Shown here in pieces: positions 32,986 to 46,335 of a DNA stretch of 64,000 nt; positions within the stretch are counted from its first letter, which is position 1, and each line of letters starts with the position of its first letter. The DNA is from Octopus sinensis (lineage: Eukaryota), in contig NW_021832869.1 of assembly GCF_006345805.1 (NCBI RefSeq), forward strand, positions 1 to 64,000, in the 5' to 3' direction. A program made the position numbers and the translations under genes. A model generated the notes under the pieces. It saw only the letters and a program-made list of their open reading frames with translations, had not been told where the DNA came from and did no database searches.

Positions 32986-35900
32986 TTTGTTAATAATGGC
33001 ACCTAAAGTTAGCACAAAAGGACAAAAAAGAGCTCCCATTAAAACAAAAAATGTTTCCGTCGCTACAAAGAGACAACTGTCTGCACTAAGAAGGCTATGT
33101 CGAAGTGGAGGCGTTCCCGCTTCGCACTCCCCGGAGGACAAGACGGTTCAGTGTGCCACTACGATGAACTGCCGGAGCCGTGGTTCACCGCCACGTGCTT
33201 CCGGCTATTCTAGTCGTGTTTTTAATTCTTTAGGTCAAAGCAGGAGGTCGAAGCCTGGACCCTCCCAGATGGGTTCAGCACTCACTGGAGACTCTTCTCC
33301 CTCTGCTCCCCCTTTGGCTGGTGTCGGGGGAGCAGCAGCTGCAACAGGTACTAATTGTTTGGTAGCCACGACAACCGCACAGCATGCTGGTTCGCCACGT
33401 GTTTGCGGTTTGTCTAGTGGTGCCAAACCCAGCCAACTTAAGTCATTTAATGCTAACAGGGTGTCGTCTCCTGGGCCCGCTCCGGTGGGTCCGGCAGGAA
33501 ATAAGGTTCCCCCCGAGGACGGTTGGCACACGGTGGGGAAGCCGAAACGTGTTGCTGGCCGTCCAACCCCCCCTAATGTTTTAGGTACTGGGTGTGCGTC
33601 CGCTCAGGTGGATGCACACCCAAAGAAGACCACTGGCGCCGGGGGTAGAATTACCTTTGGTGCTGTGGCACGACTTGAGGTCCTCCCTACAAGTGGGAAG
33701 GCCTCGGTCGTAAAGATCCTAGGTACCTTGGACTCTATCCAGCCTTCAAAGCTGTATAGAGTCCTGAAGAGGGAGCCCACCCAATTCCTGCTTGGTTGGG
33801 AGAAGGAGGATGACTTCTCCAACTTCAAAGGGGAGTTGGAGAAGTCAATCCGTTCGGTCCTGGCATGCATCGCCTAGTCAGGATCGAACGTAAGGTAAGA
33901 AAGGTAGTGTCCTCCTCCTCGGGTTCCTCGGGACTTCGAGGATAATGACCTCCTAGATCAGCGGTTCTCAAATGCGGCCCCCGGGCCGCATGTGGCCCCC
34001 AGGATTTTTTTTGCGGGCCCTCTAGAGTAACTAACTTTTTTAATTTTTTAATAATGTTTTAAATTTAATTATTCATTCTTAAGGTTAACAAAAAAAAACA
34101 TATCCATAATTGGTGATTTAATTAATCAATTTGAAACACGTTTTGGGGTACATTTATATAAATTTAATTTTTAGAATTTTAAAGAATTCCTTCCTTTAAT
34201 GAAAATATTCGCAACTCCATTCAGCGTGGAAATTAAGGATGCGCCTGCAAAGTTTCAACTAGAACTCATTAATTTACAACATGATATAGAACTGGCGGCA
34301 TTGTTCAAATTAATTTTACAAATTAATTCCTCAAGACAAATTCAAAAATATAACACATAATGCATATATGAATCTACATATTTATGCGAATCAATATTTA
34401 GTAAAATGGAAAATATATAAAATATTTTTTGTGCGGCCAGCGAAGCTAATCTTAATTATCGATTTGGCCCTTGAGCTAAAAAAGTTGAGAACCCCTGTCC
34501 TAGATCACCTGCAGCAGGAGTACCCCAGTGCCTCTGCCATTGCACGCTTCAAGCAGGGTAATCGCCCTCTTGAAGTGGCGGAGCTAACACTGGATCTCCT
34601 GCAGAAGCCGAGCGCCTGGTACTTCTTGGTACCAGGATCGGCTACATTAGGATCCGAGCTGCCTGGCCCCCCCGAAAGCAACCCAATGCTTTCGGTGTCA
34701 GGGGTTCGGGCACATCTCTACGAAGTGCCCGGATAAGGCTAAGTGCCTTATCTGCGGTGGAGAGCATGGTCGCAAGACGTGCCCCTCACCATCCAAGGAG
34801 AGGCAGTGTGTCAACTGCGGTAAGTTAGGACACACTGCCAACTTCAGAGGTTGCCCCAAGTTTAAGGAGGCAACCCGAAAGGTAGGTGGGGATGTAATCC
34901 CAAAGGTAAGGCGCCCGCCTCGCGTCGCGCCCCCTGCCCCAAAACCTGACAAGCAGGCGATACTGGCCAACCTTCCAACCCGCTAGGTGGCGAAGCCAGT
35001 GGAACCTGTGAGCCATGCTGCGTGTGGGTCGTGTCAGCCTTCGCCGACAAAGTTGGCAAAGCAGGCGAAAGCTTCCCCGAGTCCGCTTGGTTGCCTAAGC
35101 CGGCAATGCCTTCCGAGGCGGCTAACGGCGGCACCGTCCGGCACAACGTGTGGCTGAAAGGCGTCCTCCATACGTGGAATGCCATTGCACTCAGCCCCTG
35201 GCGAGCGTGTACCGCAGGACAGTATTAGTCCTGCGGTGCAATTATGCGTTTCCCTATTAAAATTTGTAGGGAGATGAATTGCAGTGTAGATGAAATGCTA
35301 CACTGCAACGTTGCCGAGGCCAGAAGATCCTTGGCGAAGAACCGATATGATGCTCAACATCATATCGGTGAACGCGCGTTCCCTGGAAGGGAAAAGGGAC
35401 GCCGTTCAGAGGATGTTGGCCACCACGAGTGCGGACATTCTGGTGGTCAACGAAACGAAGATAAGGGGGGGTCCGTACGTAGTTGATGGCTACAACTGTC
35501 GTCACATACCCTGGAAAGACGGGTCAATATGTGGCACGGGAACTAGCCTCTTCTACAAGCCGTACCTTCCCCTACAGTTTCAGGTTTATGTTTATGTAGC
35601 CTATGTGAATTCCTCCAAGTGAGAATTCGCATAGGTGAGCTTACATTTTACCTAGGAGGGATGTACTCGAAGAACTTTACGGCGTGCTCCTGGCACGTAC
35701 GGGAGTTCTTTGAAAAGCATCCGAAGGCCATGGTTGTTGGGGACCTGAATGCCAAGCATCAAGATCTTGGCTTCAGGGTAACCAACTCGCATGGTTTGGC
35801 TCTGAAGACGCTGATTGAAGAACTCGGGCTGGAAATCCGGACCTCGAGCGAGCCAAACCACGTCGACACGAGGGGAGGACGTGACTGGCTAGGGCTTGCT

Positions 35901-38060
35901 CTGGTCAGTCCCGGTCTTCTAAATTGGGTTAGTAAAACTATTTTATTGCCCGATATTGGGAGCGACCATCTGCCCTCTATGCACGAACTTCCGTGAGCCA
36001 GTTCCTCAAAGGGTCCCAGGATACTTTGACCTCCGGGTGGGTTCCTGGGCTAACCTGAGAGTTTTTCATGGCCAGCAGGTTGCCCTCACTTCTGGTGGGG
36101 AATACCTGCGCCAACATACGTGAGTTGGAGGCGCTTGATAATGGAATCAATGCTGCCCTGACTGATTACATGCGAGATAATTTTCAAACAGAACTCAGTG
36201 CAGGGTCAGTCACATTCCACGCTCCCTCACCGGATCTTAAATAAAATTAGGTTCAAGCGCCGGCTATCCAGACTACGGGACAAATGCATTTACGAGGAGA
36301 ACCGTGTTTGGTTTCGTGGCTGGATTAGCCGGCTTCAGAGGGAGATCCGAGAGAAATCCGCGAACTCGAAAGTTCGCGGTGGGAGAGGGCCTGCCGAAGG
36401 GTGGACCCTCGCTTTCCGGACTTCTGGAAGCAGTTGAAGAGCCTGTCGGGGAGAAGGGGGCTAAGTCAGTGCGCCTTAAACCTCTGATGGAACCCTCGCT
36501 TCGGACCCGGTTGAGGTGGTTGAAATACTTTCAGCCCATCTCAATGACATCTCGGGAACTGACGGAAGTCAGTTCGTAGAGACATCGTCCTTTGATACTG
36601 TCCAGCAGATATTGTCGTGGGACAAGCGCTGCCAGCTGGATATCAATGGACGATGCAGGCGAAATTACTGAAGCGGAGATTCTGGCAGCAATCTCCCGAA
36701 GTAAGAACACCGCGGCGGGCTTGGATCGGATCCCGATGGCCATCTTTAAGAAGGCCCCGCCGCGGTTAATCACTGCGCTAAAGGTTTTATTTAACGGGAG
36801 CTTGCGACTTGGGATGATTCCTTCCAGGTGGAAAGTAGCTGATGTGATCCTTATCGGAAAACCCGGGAAGCCACATGATGTCCCCGGGGGATATAGGCCC
36901 ATTTCCTTGCTCCCCGCGATATCTAAAATCCTAGAAAGAATTATGCACCAAAGGCTCCTGGAGGGGCTGATGGTGGCAGACCCCTCCCTGAGTTCCAATG
37001 GGGCTTCAGGGAGGCCGCTCATGCGGGACTGCCTTCACAAGGTGTCGTCTAGTATGAAGAGCGCCCTCCAGAAAAGGAATGCGGTATTTTAGTTAGTCTC
37101 GACATTGAAAAGGCTTCGACTCGGTGTGGCACGACGGCCTCCGGAGTTCCCTTGCCACGTGTGGGGTTTCTCCGTGTCTAAGGCGCTGGCTGTCGGGGTT
37201 TCTTGAATCTCGCAGACAGGTCGTGCGGCATCAGGGGGTCTTTTCTAAGTCGCAACAGTCCTTCGCGGGGTCCCTCAGGGCTCTGTGCTCAGTTCCGACA
37301 CTATTCAATGTGTTTATGGCCACTGCGCCTATGCCAGTCAATGCTCGTACTGAAATGGTAATCTATGCAGACTACATTATCCTCTGGGATCACTCAATGA
37401 ACCGGAGTGTGCGTGTCGTAGGCTTCAGGTTGCTGTGGATGGACTTGCAAACTGGTGTGGGAGTAGGGGTCTGAGAATGTGCGCGGACAAGTGCAGTGTC
37501 CTTAAAGTCTGTAAAAGGACGAGGGGTTACACTAATTTTGTTCCTAGGTATTGCTGAGCGGTCAGCAATCGCTGCAGTTGATCGGATGACTTATTTGGGC
37601 GTGCTCTTTAAGCCGTCCGGTAAGTTTGATGATCACATTGCACGTACGAAAATGCGTGCAATGCAGCGATTAGGTGCGTTTGCTGCTTTCCGCTTGAGCA
37701 AGGTGCCTGGTTCCGCGTGTTTAACGCCATGGTGTTACCCGTCTTGACCTATGGCGTCCACGCTTGGTACCTCTATGAGGACAGGATAAGCATGTTGACG
37801 TGCTTAAAAAAGTAAGAAGACGAGCCATAAGGCTAGCCTATGGCTTAGGATTCCGGACTGTGCTCTCCGACGCCCAGGAATCATCCCTCAAAGCCTCTCT
37901 GAGGTCCTAGAGAAGATTATTTCTGGATGGCAGGTAAGGCGGTAAGTCTTAACTTGTGGTTGTGTGTGGGAGGCGTGTGTGTGATGGAGACTGAAAAGGC
38001 AGCGATGCCGAAGGTCTACTTAGTTAGTTTTTAACTGCCTCCCTTAACTAATAAATTTTT
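32986..38060 (+). mobile_element. Near full-length Jockey/I-like LINE (family B), frameshifted, interrupted by a hAT MITE
   Basis: ORF1 knuckles TQCFRCQGFGHISTKC..CLICGGEH..CVNCGKLGH (~34680-34860); APE VNARS, GDLNAK, GSDHLP; RT RPISLL, DIEKA, YAD; 3' UTR to ~38060. Confidence 0.9.
33959..34497 (+). mobile_element. hAT (Charlie-like) internally deleted MITE
   Basis: TIRs CAGCGGTTCTCAA / TTGAGAACCCCTG; perfect 8-bp TSD TCCTAGAT; relic PFSVEIKDAPAKFQLELINLQ. Confidence 0.92.
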
Positions 38061-38068
38061 CCCCCCCC

Positions 38069-39293
38069 TGTTGACATTAGAGAAAGAATTGGGTTATCCT
38101 CCGAGTTCTTTGAAAGAAACTTTTTTTTATTCAAAAACTGCAGAATAAATAGAGATATTATGTCTCAAGTTGTTTGGTTATCCTTATTTCGATAGGTACT
38201 GAAATAATTTTTAATAATAAAAAAATCATAGTTTTTATCGAAACTATATAAAAATAATAAAAATGACATTTCACTACGTTTGTTTGGGACACGAGACATT
38301 TGAGAACTTCTCTACTATGACTTCGGGATTTTTCAAGCGCAAAAGGGGTCAAAAATGCCTCTTTCCCCTACTCTTTCTCATTTGTTATCTTTGGATTTAA
38401 AACCAGTGGTGTTATCTGTGTACTATTCTTTCTGAGCTCGCAGGTTCTTGATAAAACCATGACAAGTATATATTTACTAAAAAATTAAATCTTTCCCTGT
38501 CCGCTGTCGATCCTGGACTCGCTTCGAGGCTGGCCGAGGATCGAAAGATTCTCAAGTACCGCCACCTCTACAATTCGCTTCTTTTTACTTCTCAGTCTTC
38601 AGTAATCTTCGGGCCACGACGCTCCGTTCCTTCGCGCTGGTCGACGGATATCAAGGATAAGACACGATTCCAGAGAGTTTATCTTGGCTTTGGAAACATC
38701 TGTCGATATCCGTGATCCGTGGGAATGGCTTTACTATGGCGATAAAAATTTGCTGATTTTTTTCTTGTTCGTAAAAGCAAATCAGTTAGCTACTAGCTAT
38801 CCATAGCCTTTGTGGCAATTACAAAACAGTCAAAAAAGTTTGATATTTCTAACAAAAAGGACATCTTTCCTTATATGTCCATTTACCTAGACTTCGTTTT
38901 TTGACCGGTAGCAGTATACAACCGGAAGCATTTTGCAAACCAGTAGCAACATACCATCCGGCCATTAATTAAGGACATGGAGATAAGAACATTGGCATTC
39001 GCTATTCACCAAGAATGCCACTGAGGAATACTAAAGCTTCACAAGAAGTGCTGTGAATTTTATTTTACTGTGAAACGCCCTGTTATCAAACAAATTATAA
39101 ATAACTGCAAAATTTGTAAATTTGCTGGACCGTTAAAAGTATTTTTGATTAAATATACTTAGGTATCCGATTCTAATTACCATGTTGAGCTCCCTTGGCT
39201 GAAGACTAAGCTATGGATAATGGATTTGGACAGTCGTGAGTTCGATTCCGAAGGAGGCCAGATTTCATCCTGGGGCCAATTCTCGTTATCGTT
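38069..39293 (+). repeat. 1.22-kb direct repeat, copy 2
   Basis: Begins ~10 bp after the LINE 3' tail; collinear with 31763-32985. Confidence 0.95.
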
Positions 39294-40855
39294 CCCCTGC
39301 CCGTCAGGCAACGAGTACTTCTGGCACGACACAGTTGGAAATGGGGATCTCTTATCTTCCGGTCTTAGCGTGGCGTTAGGGGGTCCTAAACCAATAACAA
39401 CTTCTTTAAATAAAATATTTTTTTTTCATCTTTTATTTTTACAAAATAACAATAACTCAGTTAAATACCACAAATTCTTTTAAATTACTGTCTTTCTGTG
39501 TTAGATAATAAATTTGAAATTGACTTTTTAAATTCTCGTATTTTTTTCTCCATTGCTCGTCTTATTTAATAAATAAATTCATTGGTCTCTTAGTTTGCTT
39601 TATTAAGATGTATTTCAGCTTTCCTGATGGTTTGGTTTGCGTGGAATGCCCACAAAAAAAGAACCACTAGAAATGTCTTAATTTGAATTAAACATTCTAA
39701 TTTTTCACAGTTTGTGTTGAATAAAAGGATGCCTCAATGATTAGATTCACAATAATATGTTTGTAGCAGGGACAATTGCTCTTTTGTTTGAATTTGATTT
39801 TAAAAAGTTTAAAACTTTAAAGTATTGTCATCATTCTAATCAACAAAAAATATTTTAAATGAAAAAAGAATATTTTAAATAAAAATATTATTTAAAAAAG
39901 GACATCTTTTTCCTTATATGTCCCGGGTACGAACCCATTTTTGAATTTTCATATTTTTTTAATATGTCTCATAACACCAAGTAGTGGCACTATTCAACGT
40001 TTTTTTAGCCGGTAGCACAATACCACTGCTAGCACTGTGCCAACCGGCCATTATGGTTGCCTGAAAATGGTCGCTCTCAAAGTCCTCTTTCGTTCAAGAC
40101 CGAATTTATACTCTTCCAGTTTTTCAAAAGTTTGGAAAAACAGTCGACTATCTGTCTGGGAGGGTGAATTTGACTCGAAATATGCAGTTGTCGGCGGGTT
40201 ATTTGCAAGATAAGAATATTTTTGCATTCACGGGATCACTATGCGTCCATTGCAAAAAAGCAGACAGTGATTATGTCCGAAGACATAATAAAGTGGTAAA
40301 GTGTATCAAGAGTTGCTCCCAAAAGACCTTGGGGAGTGAACAGCAAGTTTTTTGCGGATGGGAAAAGACCAGAGCAGGGAAAAAATGATCAGTTGAGCAC
40401 TTGTCAACATAGCAAAAGCTACAGAAAGAAGAGATCAAATGGTTCATTAAGTGAGGTAAAAGTTTAAAAAGTGGTAATAACACAAGCGAAAAAGGCAAGG
40501 TTGATCTGAGAAGAGCGCTCCAAAAGCAATTCGGGGGGATCAACTTCTGGTGGAAGTTTTTTGAGGACAGGGTTAGGCGTCAGTCTTAGAATGAACAAGG
40601 TAGAAATAAAATCGTGGATTTTTTTTATAAACTGTGAACATTGGTTTAAGCCTTTGAATTTAGCAAGCAAGGATCCGGAAGTATTGTTTTGCAGGCGTGC
40701 TTTTTGGTGCATCTTAATTGAATTTTGTAAAGTTTTTTGTATTTTAATTTCCCCCAAAACGTTCTAGGCATCAAAATTATGAATTTTAGCTTTGCTTGAC
40801 AACTGATTTACCATGTTTAGGAATTAATGTAAATTACCATTTGAACAGTCAAGAG

Positions 40856-41244
40856 CAGCGGTTCTCAACCGCGACCCGCCACAATTTTGGTGCGGCCCGA
40901 TTAAAATTATAAAAATATATTAAATATTTTTTGTTTTTAGATTTAATATTTTGTACATTAATGTTTAAATAATATTGTTTGTGATGTCTGATAAACGTGT
41001 TAAACGAAGTAGAAAAATTATTCATGAAAATCGTGCATTTAACCCCGAATGGGAGGATCAGAATTTTATAATTTTAATTTCTCGCGGTTTGAACACCTCC
41101 AATCCAAATAAAAACTCAAAATGGTACAGTTCTCTGCTCGGACTGAAAGCACTGGTTTCTGTGCTCTTGTCTTTTTCTGTTTGTGCTGACTTGGGGACTT
41201 TAGATTGACTTTAATGAGGTCAGTGAACGTGTTGAGAACCCCCG
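40856..41244 (+). mobile_element. hAT deletion derivative retaining the transposase N-terminus
   Basis: CAGCGGTTCTCAAC left end, GTTGAGAACCCCCG right end, SDKRVKRSRKIIHENRAFNPEWE; no clear TSD. Confidence 0.6.
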
Positions 41245-41924
41245 GACTCACGACTATTTTTTTCACATGGTTTTTGAGGTGTTTGTGAACATTCAGAAAC
41301 ACAAGTCTTCTGTGTTTGATGAGAAAGATGAGTTCTACCAGTTTTTCCAACAGGAATAATATTTGAATGATTTTATGAGCAGACTGATCTCTCCTTTTCA
41401 ACAAAAATGTTTTCCCAGTGACATAAACAAAGAATTTTGCCAAAAATATTCGCAGAGCAAGCAAACGAGGCAAGACCAGGTGGATAAATCAGCAGATTGT
41501 CGACGGAATCAGAACTGGACTGACTTGCTGACTTAATCAGCAGTGTTTAAAGACTTTGTTCGAATGTCTCCCTCATGTCATGGCAATATCCCAAGACTAT
41601 TTTATTAAGACGTTCAAATTTTGGTCCTTTACTTTAGATGTCTCACCTGTGGTCTAGATTTGGTCAAAGATTGCACAACTGACTCAGGGGAGTTGTCCCA
41701 TCGGGCATTTCTGTGCATTTCTTACTTTGTGCTACTCATGAAGAATTATTTGATTGGGGTCCATAAGCAGACGTACCACTACATTATGTTTCGGATTCCG
41801 TGGACCAAGGCCATCACAGTTTATTTCCACACACTGGCATCCGACAAATCGTTGGCTGAGTTGGGAATGACACATGTCATTAATACTAGTTTGACTATTC
41901 CCCTGACGTTGTGAGAGTGGTATA

Positions 41925-43426
41925 CACCCCTCGACAAAAAATTTGGTTATTTAATCTTTCCTGCTTTTTTCATTTAAAAACGAATAAATTCATACTTTAA
42001 GATCCTTTAGATCTTCTAAAATAATATTTATTTTGTATTTATAATTAAAATAGATTTAAATTTTAATATTGCAAGAAATTTAAAGCATGTCGGCAATTAG
42101 GTTAGTGACATGAAAATTGGTTATAAAATTTAAACCGTCAAATTATGCTAGTATTTAGAGATTGATCTTAATAAAAAAATATTTTTAGATATAATACTCT
42201 CGATTCGTTTATGAAAGGGAAAATAATTGCGCTATACGACTTAAATATGTCATATATTAAAATTTCTAAAGAAACCGGTGTTCCATATTCAACAGTCGTA
42301 AATTTTATCAAGAAATACAATAAAACTGGATCATATGACCGCCAACATGGTTCTGGAAGACTATCAATTTTGAATAATGTGCAAATTAATCATTTGGTAC
42401 GCACATCAGAGGAAAATTCATCTTTAACTGCTTCTGAACCCTCTAATGAAATAGAAAAGTTTTCTGGAACACGTGTCTCGCCTCGAACCATAATACGAAA
42501 TTTAAATAAAAATGGAATTTTCGGAAGAATTGCAAAGAAATAACCACTTCTAACAAAAAAACACATGGTTTCCAGATTCGAGATCGTCCAAAAATTTCTT
42601 CAAATTTCAGACCATGATTTTAGATCAATAATCTTTTCTGATGAATGTATTTTTGAATTATTACCGATCCAAAAAAGAAAAATTGTGTATAGAAAAAAAT
42701 TTGAAATGAATAAATTCGAAAATATTACTCCAACTGTCAAATTTGGAAAAGGTAAATTATGATGTAATAAAAAATTAGGGAAAGTCATGGTGTGGGGTTG
42801 TTTTTCCTATCATGGGGTAGGTGATTTGTGTTTATAGACAAAACGCTAATTCTGCAAAATATCAATCTATTTTGACCAATAATTTGCCATTTTCTGTACA
42901 AAAAATGGGGATTGTTGACTATATTTTTCAACAAGACAACGCTCCCTGCCATACATCAAAAATGATTATTCAATATTTTCGCGAAAAAAATATTAAAAAA
43001 TTAGAATGGCCTTCGCAATCTCCGGATTTAAATCCGATAGAGCATTTGTGGGCTTATATGAAGGTTCAAATTAGGCAAAGAAAAAATGAGAACATTCAGG
43101 CACTGAAGGAAAATCTATTAGATATTTGGAATTCTATTCCATCAAAAACACTTGAAAAATTAGTTGAGTCAATGAAAAAAAGGTGTTGGGAGATCTATTC
43201 GGCAAAAGGAGGTTATTCTACATATTAATCTCACAATAACCAAATTTTATGCCAATGAAAGTCGTTGTTTTTTCCAAATTTCTTAGACAAAATTTCAAAA
43301 TTTAAATAATTAAATTAATTTTTATCAATTTTATCAGATTTTAAAATATATCTGAAGAAAAAATTAAATCATTCTTTGTATGAATGAAGTAAGTTGAAGA
43401 TTCACCAATATTTATGTCGAGGGGTG
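41925..43426 (+). mobile_element. Tc1-like DD34E transposon, full length, transposase disrupted
   Basis: TIRs CACCCCTCGACA..TTGGT at both ends with TA duplications; HTH GSGR, FSDEC, FQQDNAPCH, SPDLNPIEHLW; stop at 42541. Confidence 0.92.
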
Positions 43427-44629
43427 TATGTCTTAGGTTGGAATATTTGGAGTTCTACAAGGACGTGGTCAGGATGGTCCCCGATATGTACAATCTGGTG
43501 GTGGTCAGGCATTTGTTTGTTTATGTCGGCAATACTTTGACTGACTGTGAGTCATTTCTGGCAAACAATGTTACATTTGAGGACGCGGACATTTCTGAAG
43601 ATAGGAAGGTTATTGCTCTCAAAATCAATTATCAAACAAACATTTCTACTCCAATTACAATGTAAATCCGTTGGACGAAGAAATAAGAAGTAATATGTCG
43701 CGTCCCATGGTGGTTACGCATCCCATGCTGGCTACATGTCACCTGTCAATAAATCATTTTTACGAGGTCATTGGCTGTCAGATGTCATAATTAATGTGGT
43801 TTAATCATTCGTTACTCGTGTGGGCATATTTAATATTTTTAGCGTTAAAGCCATTCTGGAATTTGTAAACTGCAACAGGAATGTTTACACTCCTATTTTA
43901 CAATAAAGCACTCCATTCATTCTTCTATAAATGAAACACCATTTAAAAAACTAAGAGGAGTTTCTGGTATAAACACCGTCATTCATGATGATAAAAGTTT
44001 TTTTAATTTTTTTAATTTCAAAGAAAGTGAGTGTTTGGATGATTTTTATCATGTATCATCAGAGGATATGGATGTAGAAAATATTTTAGATGTTTCAGGT
44101 AAATTTTGAATAACATATGCTAGACAACTTGGATGCTAGTGATTTTATATTTAATTTTTCTCCACCTAATTTAAATTCACCATATTTTAAACGCATGAAT
44201 AAAAAAATGAATGTTCATCAATCAAAATACGATTTTTCAATTGGGAGCGGAGTATTTTTAGTGAATAATTGTTAGGTTAGAGTTCTAAAGGATTTTGGGA
44301 CAAATCCTTCCCTAAGGCTAAACCGATTTGAATCCCCATATGGCGAACCTGCTGAAGTTGTTCAAATTTTGTCAAACAATCGACTAGAGGTCTATTTTAT
44401 TATTATTTTATTTAACAGATTAAAACAAGTTCAGGGAAGTCTAAAATAGTTAATATGAATCAAGTTAAAAAAACGTAGACGCTTTATTTTAATAAATTTT
44501 TATTGTTGAAACGATTATTGATTAGAAATCAATGCAATTAAATTAATTATTAAATTTGACAGTCACCATGACAGGCATTATTATTTATTGACGACATGTA
44601 ACCACCATGGGATGGGTAGCTCGTGTGTG

Positions 44630-44960
44630 ACGCGACATAATAGATGGGGCTTATTCGGTCACATCCTACGAATGGACAGGAAAACTCCCGCAAATCTCGC
44701 AATGGAACACCACTACGCTCCTCATCCGGAAACGACCTTCCGAGGAAGACCACAAATCAATCTAGCAACCCTCCTGCATCAAAACCTAACTTTGATTAGA
44801 AAAGAGTTGAAATCGACAGACGATCATGAGCACTTGAGGAAACTATCGAGGAACAAAGGGACTTGGAAGCGATTAACAAAACACATCCAGGAGAGGGTGG
44901 CACACACGAGATAACTTTACTAACGTTATTTTGCGGTGTGCTTATTAATAATAATAAGGA
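44630..44960 (+). mobile_element. RTE-clade LINE 3' fragment
   Basis: RWGLFGHILRM..RGRPQ..LL..W pattern of RTE C-termini. Confidence 0.65.
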
Positions 44961-45084
44961 TGCAAACAAAAATCAATTCTTAAAATTAGTGTAAACGCAC
45001 TTTGCACGTTGTTGTTGGGGTGCACTTTTTCTGTTTATTTGCTATTCAATTATCTGTTGTTTCTATCTAATATTTCTGATCTAT

Positions 45085-46335
45085 CTGTTGAAACTGGGAT
45101 AAGGGGAAGTTTGTGTTTGAAACTGGGATAAGGAGGGGGAATACAGGTTGGAATATAGTCTAACAGTGCAGGAGACATGGAAGGAAACCCAGTGAATGGA
45201 AGAAGAACAGCGTTGGTGGTCGAGTGGGAGACAGTCAACAACGAGTTGATCGTCTGAGGACTCGACGACTTGGACCATCAAATTTGTGTACTTCAAGCCA
45301 ACGCAGGAGGAATGAGTGAGCCGTTTGAAGTTAGTGGCCTCAAATTGGTAGTCTGAGCGTTCGATGAAGATGACGGAGGAGAACGCAATGGAGTGTGAGC
45401 CGGCTTGAGGATTGGAAGGGAAGTCGGGGACAGTGAAGGAAGAGGGGTAAGTAAAGTTGCAAATATGGAGTTTGAGTGGATTGAGAACAACCATAGTCCT
45501 AAAGAGTGAAATGTGGAGAAGGAACCTTTTGGCAATGGAATTGAGTACAGTACGACTACAGGCATCGAGGAGTGAGGGATCAGTGTGTGAGAGGGACATG
45601 GTGACTCCGACGTTGGCACAAAAGTAGTTGAGAGCGTCGGGTGGGACTCCCCTTCTTCGGAGAGAGAGTAAACAGTCTGGGGTCATCCCAATCACTAGAG
45701 TAGAAAAGTCGAGTAAACCTGACGAATCCTCGTTGGATGAGCTTGGCAATCTTCCTCTTGGACACAACACTGTAGTACAAGTTGAGTCGACTGTACTCCC
45801 ACTGGACTGAACAGTACACGTCAAGGGCATTGCACAAATAAAAGTAAGACGACCGCCTACACTCCCCGTCATCAATCACCTGCTCTGGAACTCCTTGGTG
45901 CACAAAGAGTGAGTGATGTCCTCGATGGAGTCACACAAGCAGTGAGTAAAGTCATATGTGGGATATACACACCTACACTCCTCCCATTGGCACTACCAGT
46001 CATTCATTGTTCGGTAGTGCTCGCAGTACTTTATTCGGTAGGCCACCGGGTCCACCTTCCCGTCCTCCATTCTGTGCTTCATTCTCAACGACGCCTCCCT
46101 CTCCTCCAACTTCTCTCTCCTCATGTCCTCGAACAGCCCCAATGACTTTTTCACCGGTCTTGTCCTCCATGGAGACTCCCCCACATTCGTCCCCTTCAAC
46201 TCATCCGCGACATGTGGCACACGTACGCCAAGTCCTTTCTGATCAGCTTTACTGCCAGAGAGTAGAGTTGCTCAAAGTAGTCCGACGCGTATGTGATTGC
46301 GTGAGGGGCGTATCCCAGCCACCGAATGTCCTGAT
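45085..46335 (-). pseudogene. QARS: Glutaminyl-tRNA synthetase internal fragment with five micro-introns, truncated at both ends
   Basis: [73 protein letters not shown]; introns at 45973-45996, 45857-45879, 45695-45718, 45499-45525 and 45123-45144. Confidence 0.9.

Noticed and set aside
41250-41915. Possible further EVE (ORFs 41066-41473 and 41621-41914)
   Set aside because: No viral motif or junction recognised in any frame; left unassigned.
43430-43665. Ubiquitin-like fragment after the Tc1 element
   Set aside because: Resemblance limited to a few residues; the start of the listed ORF lies in the TIR.
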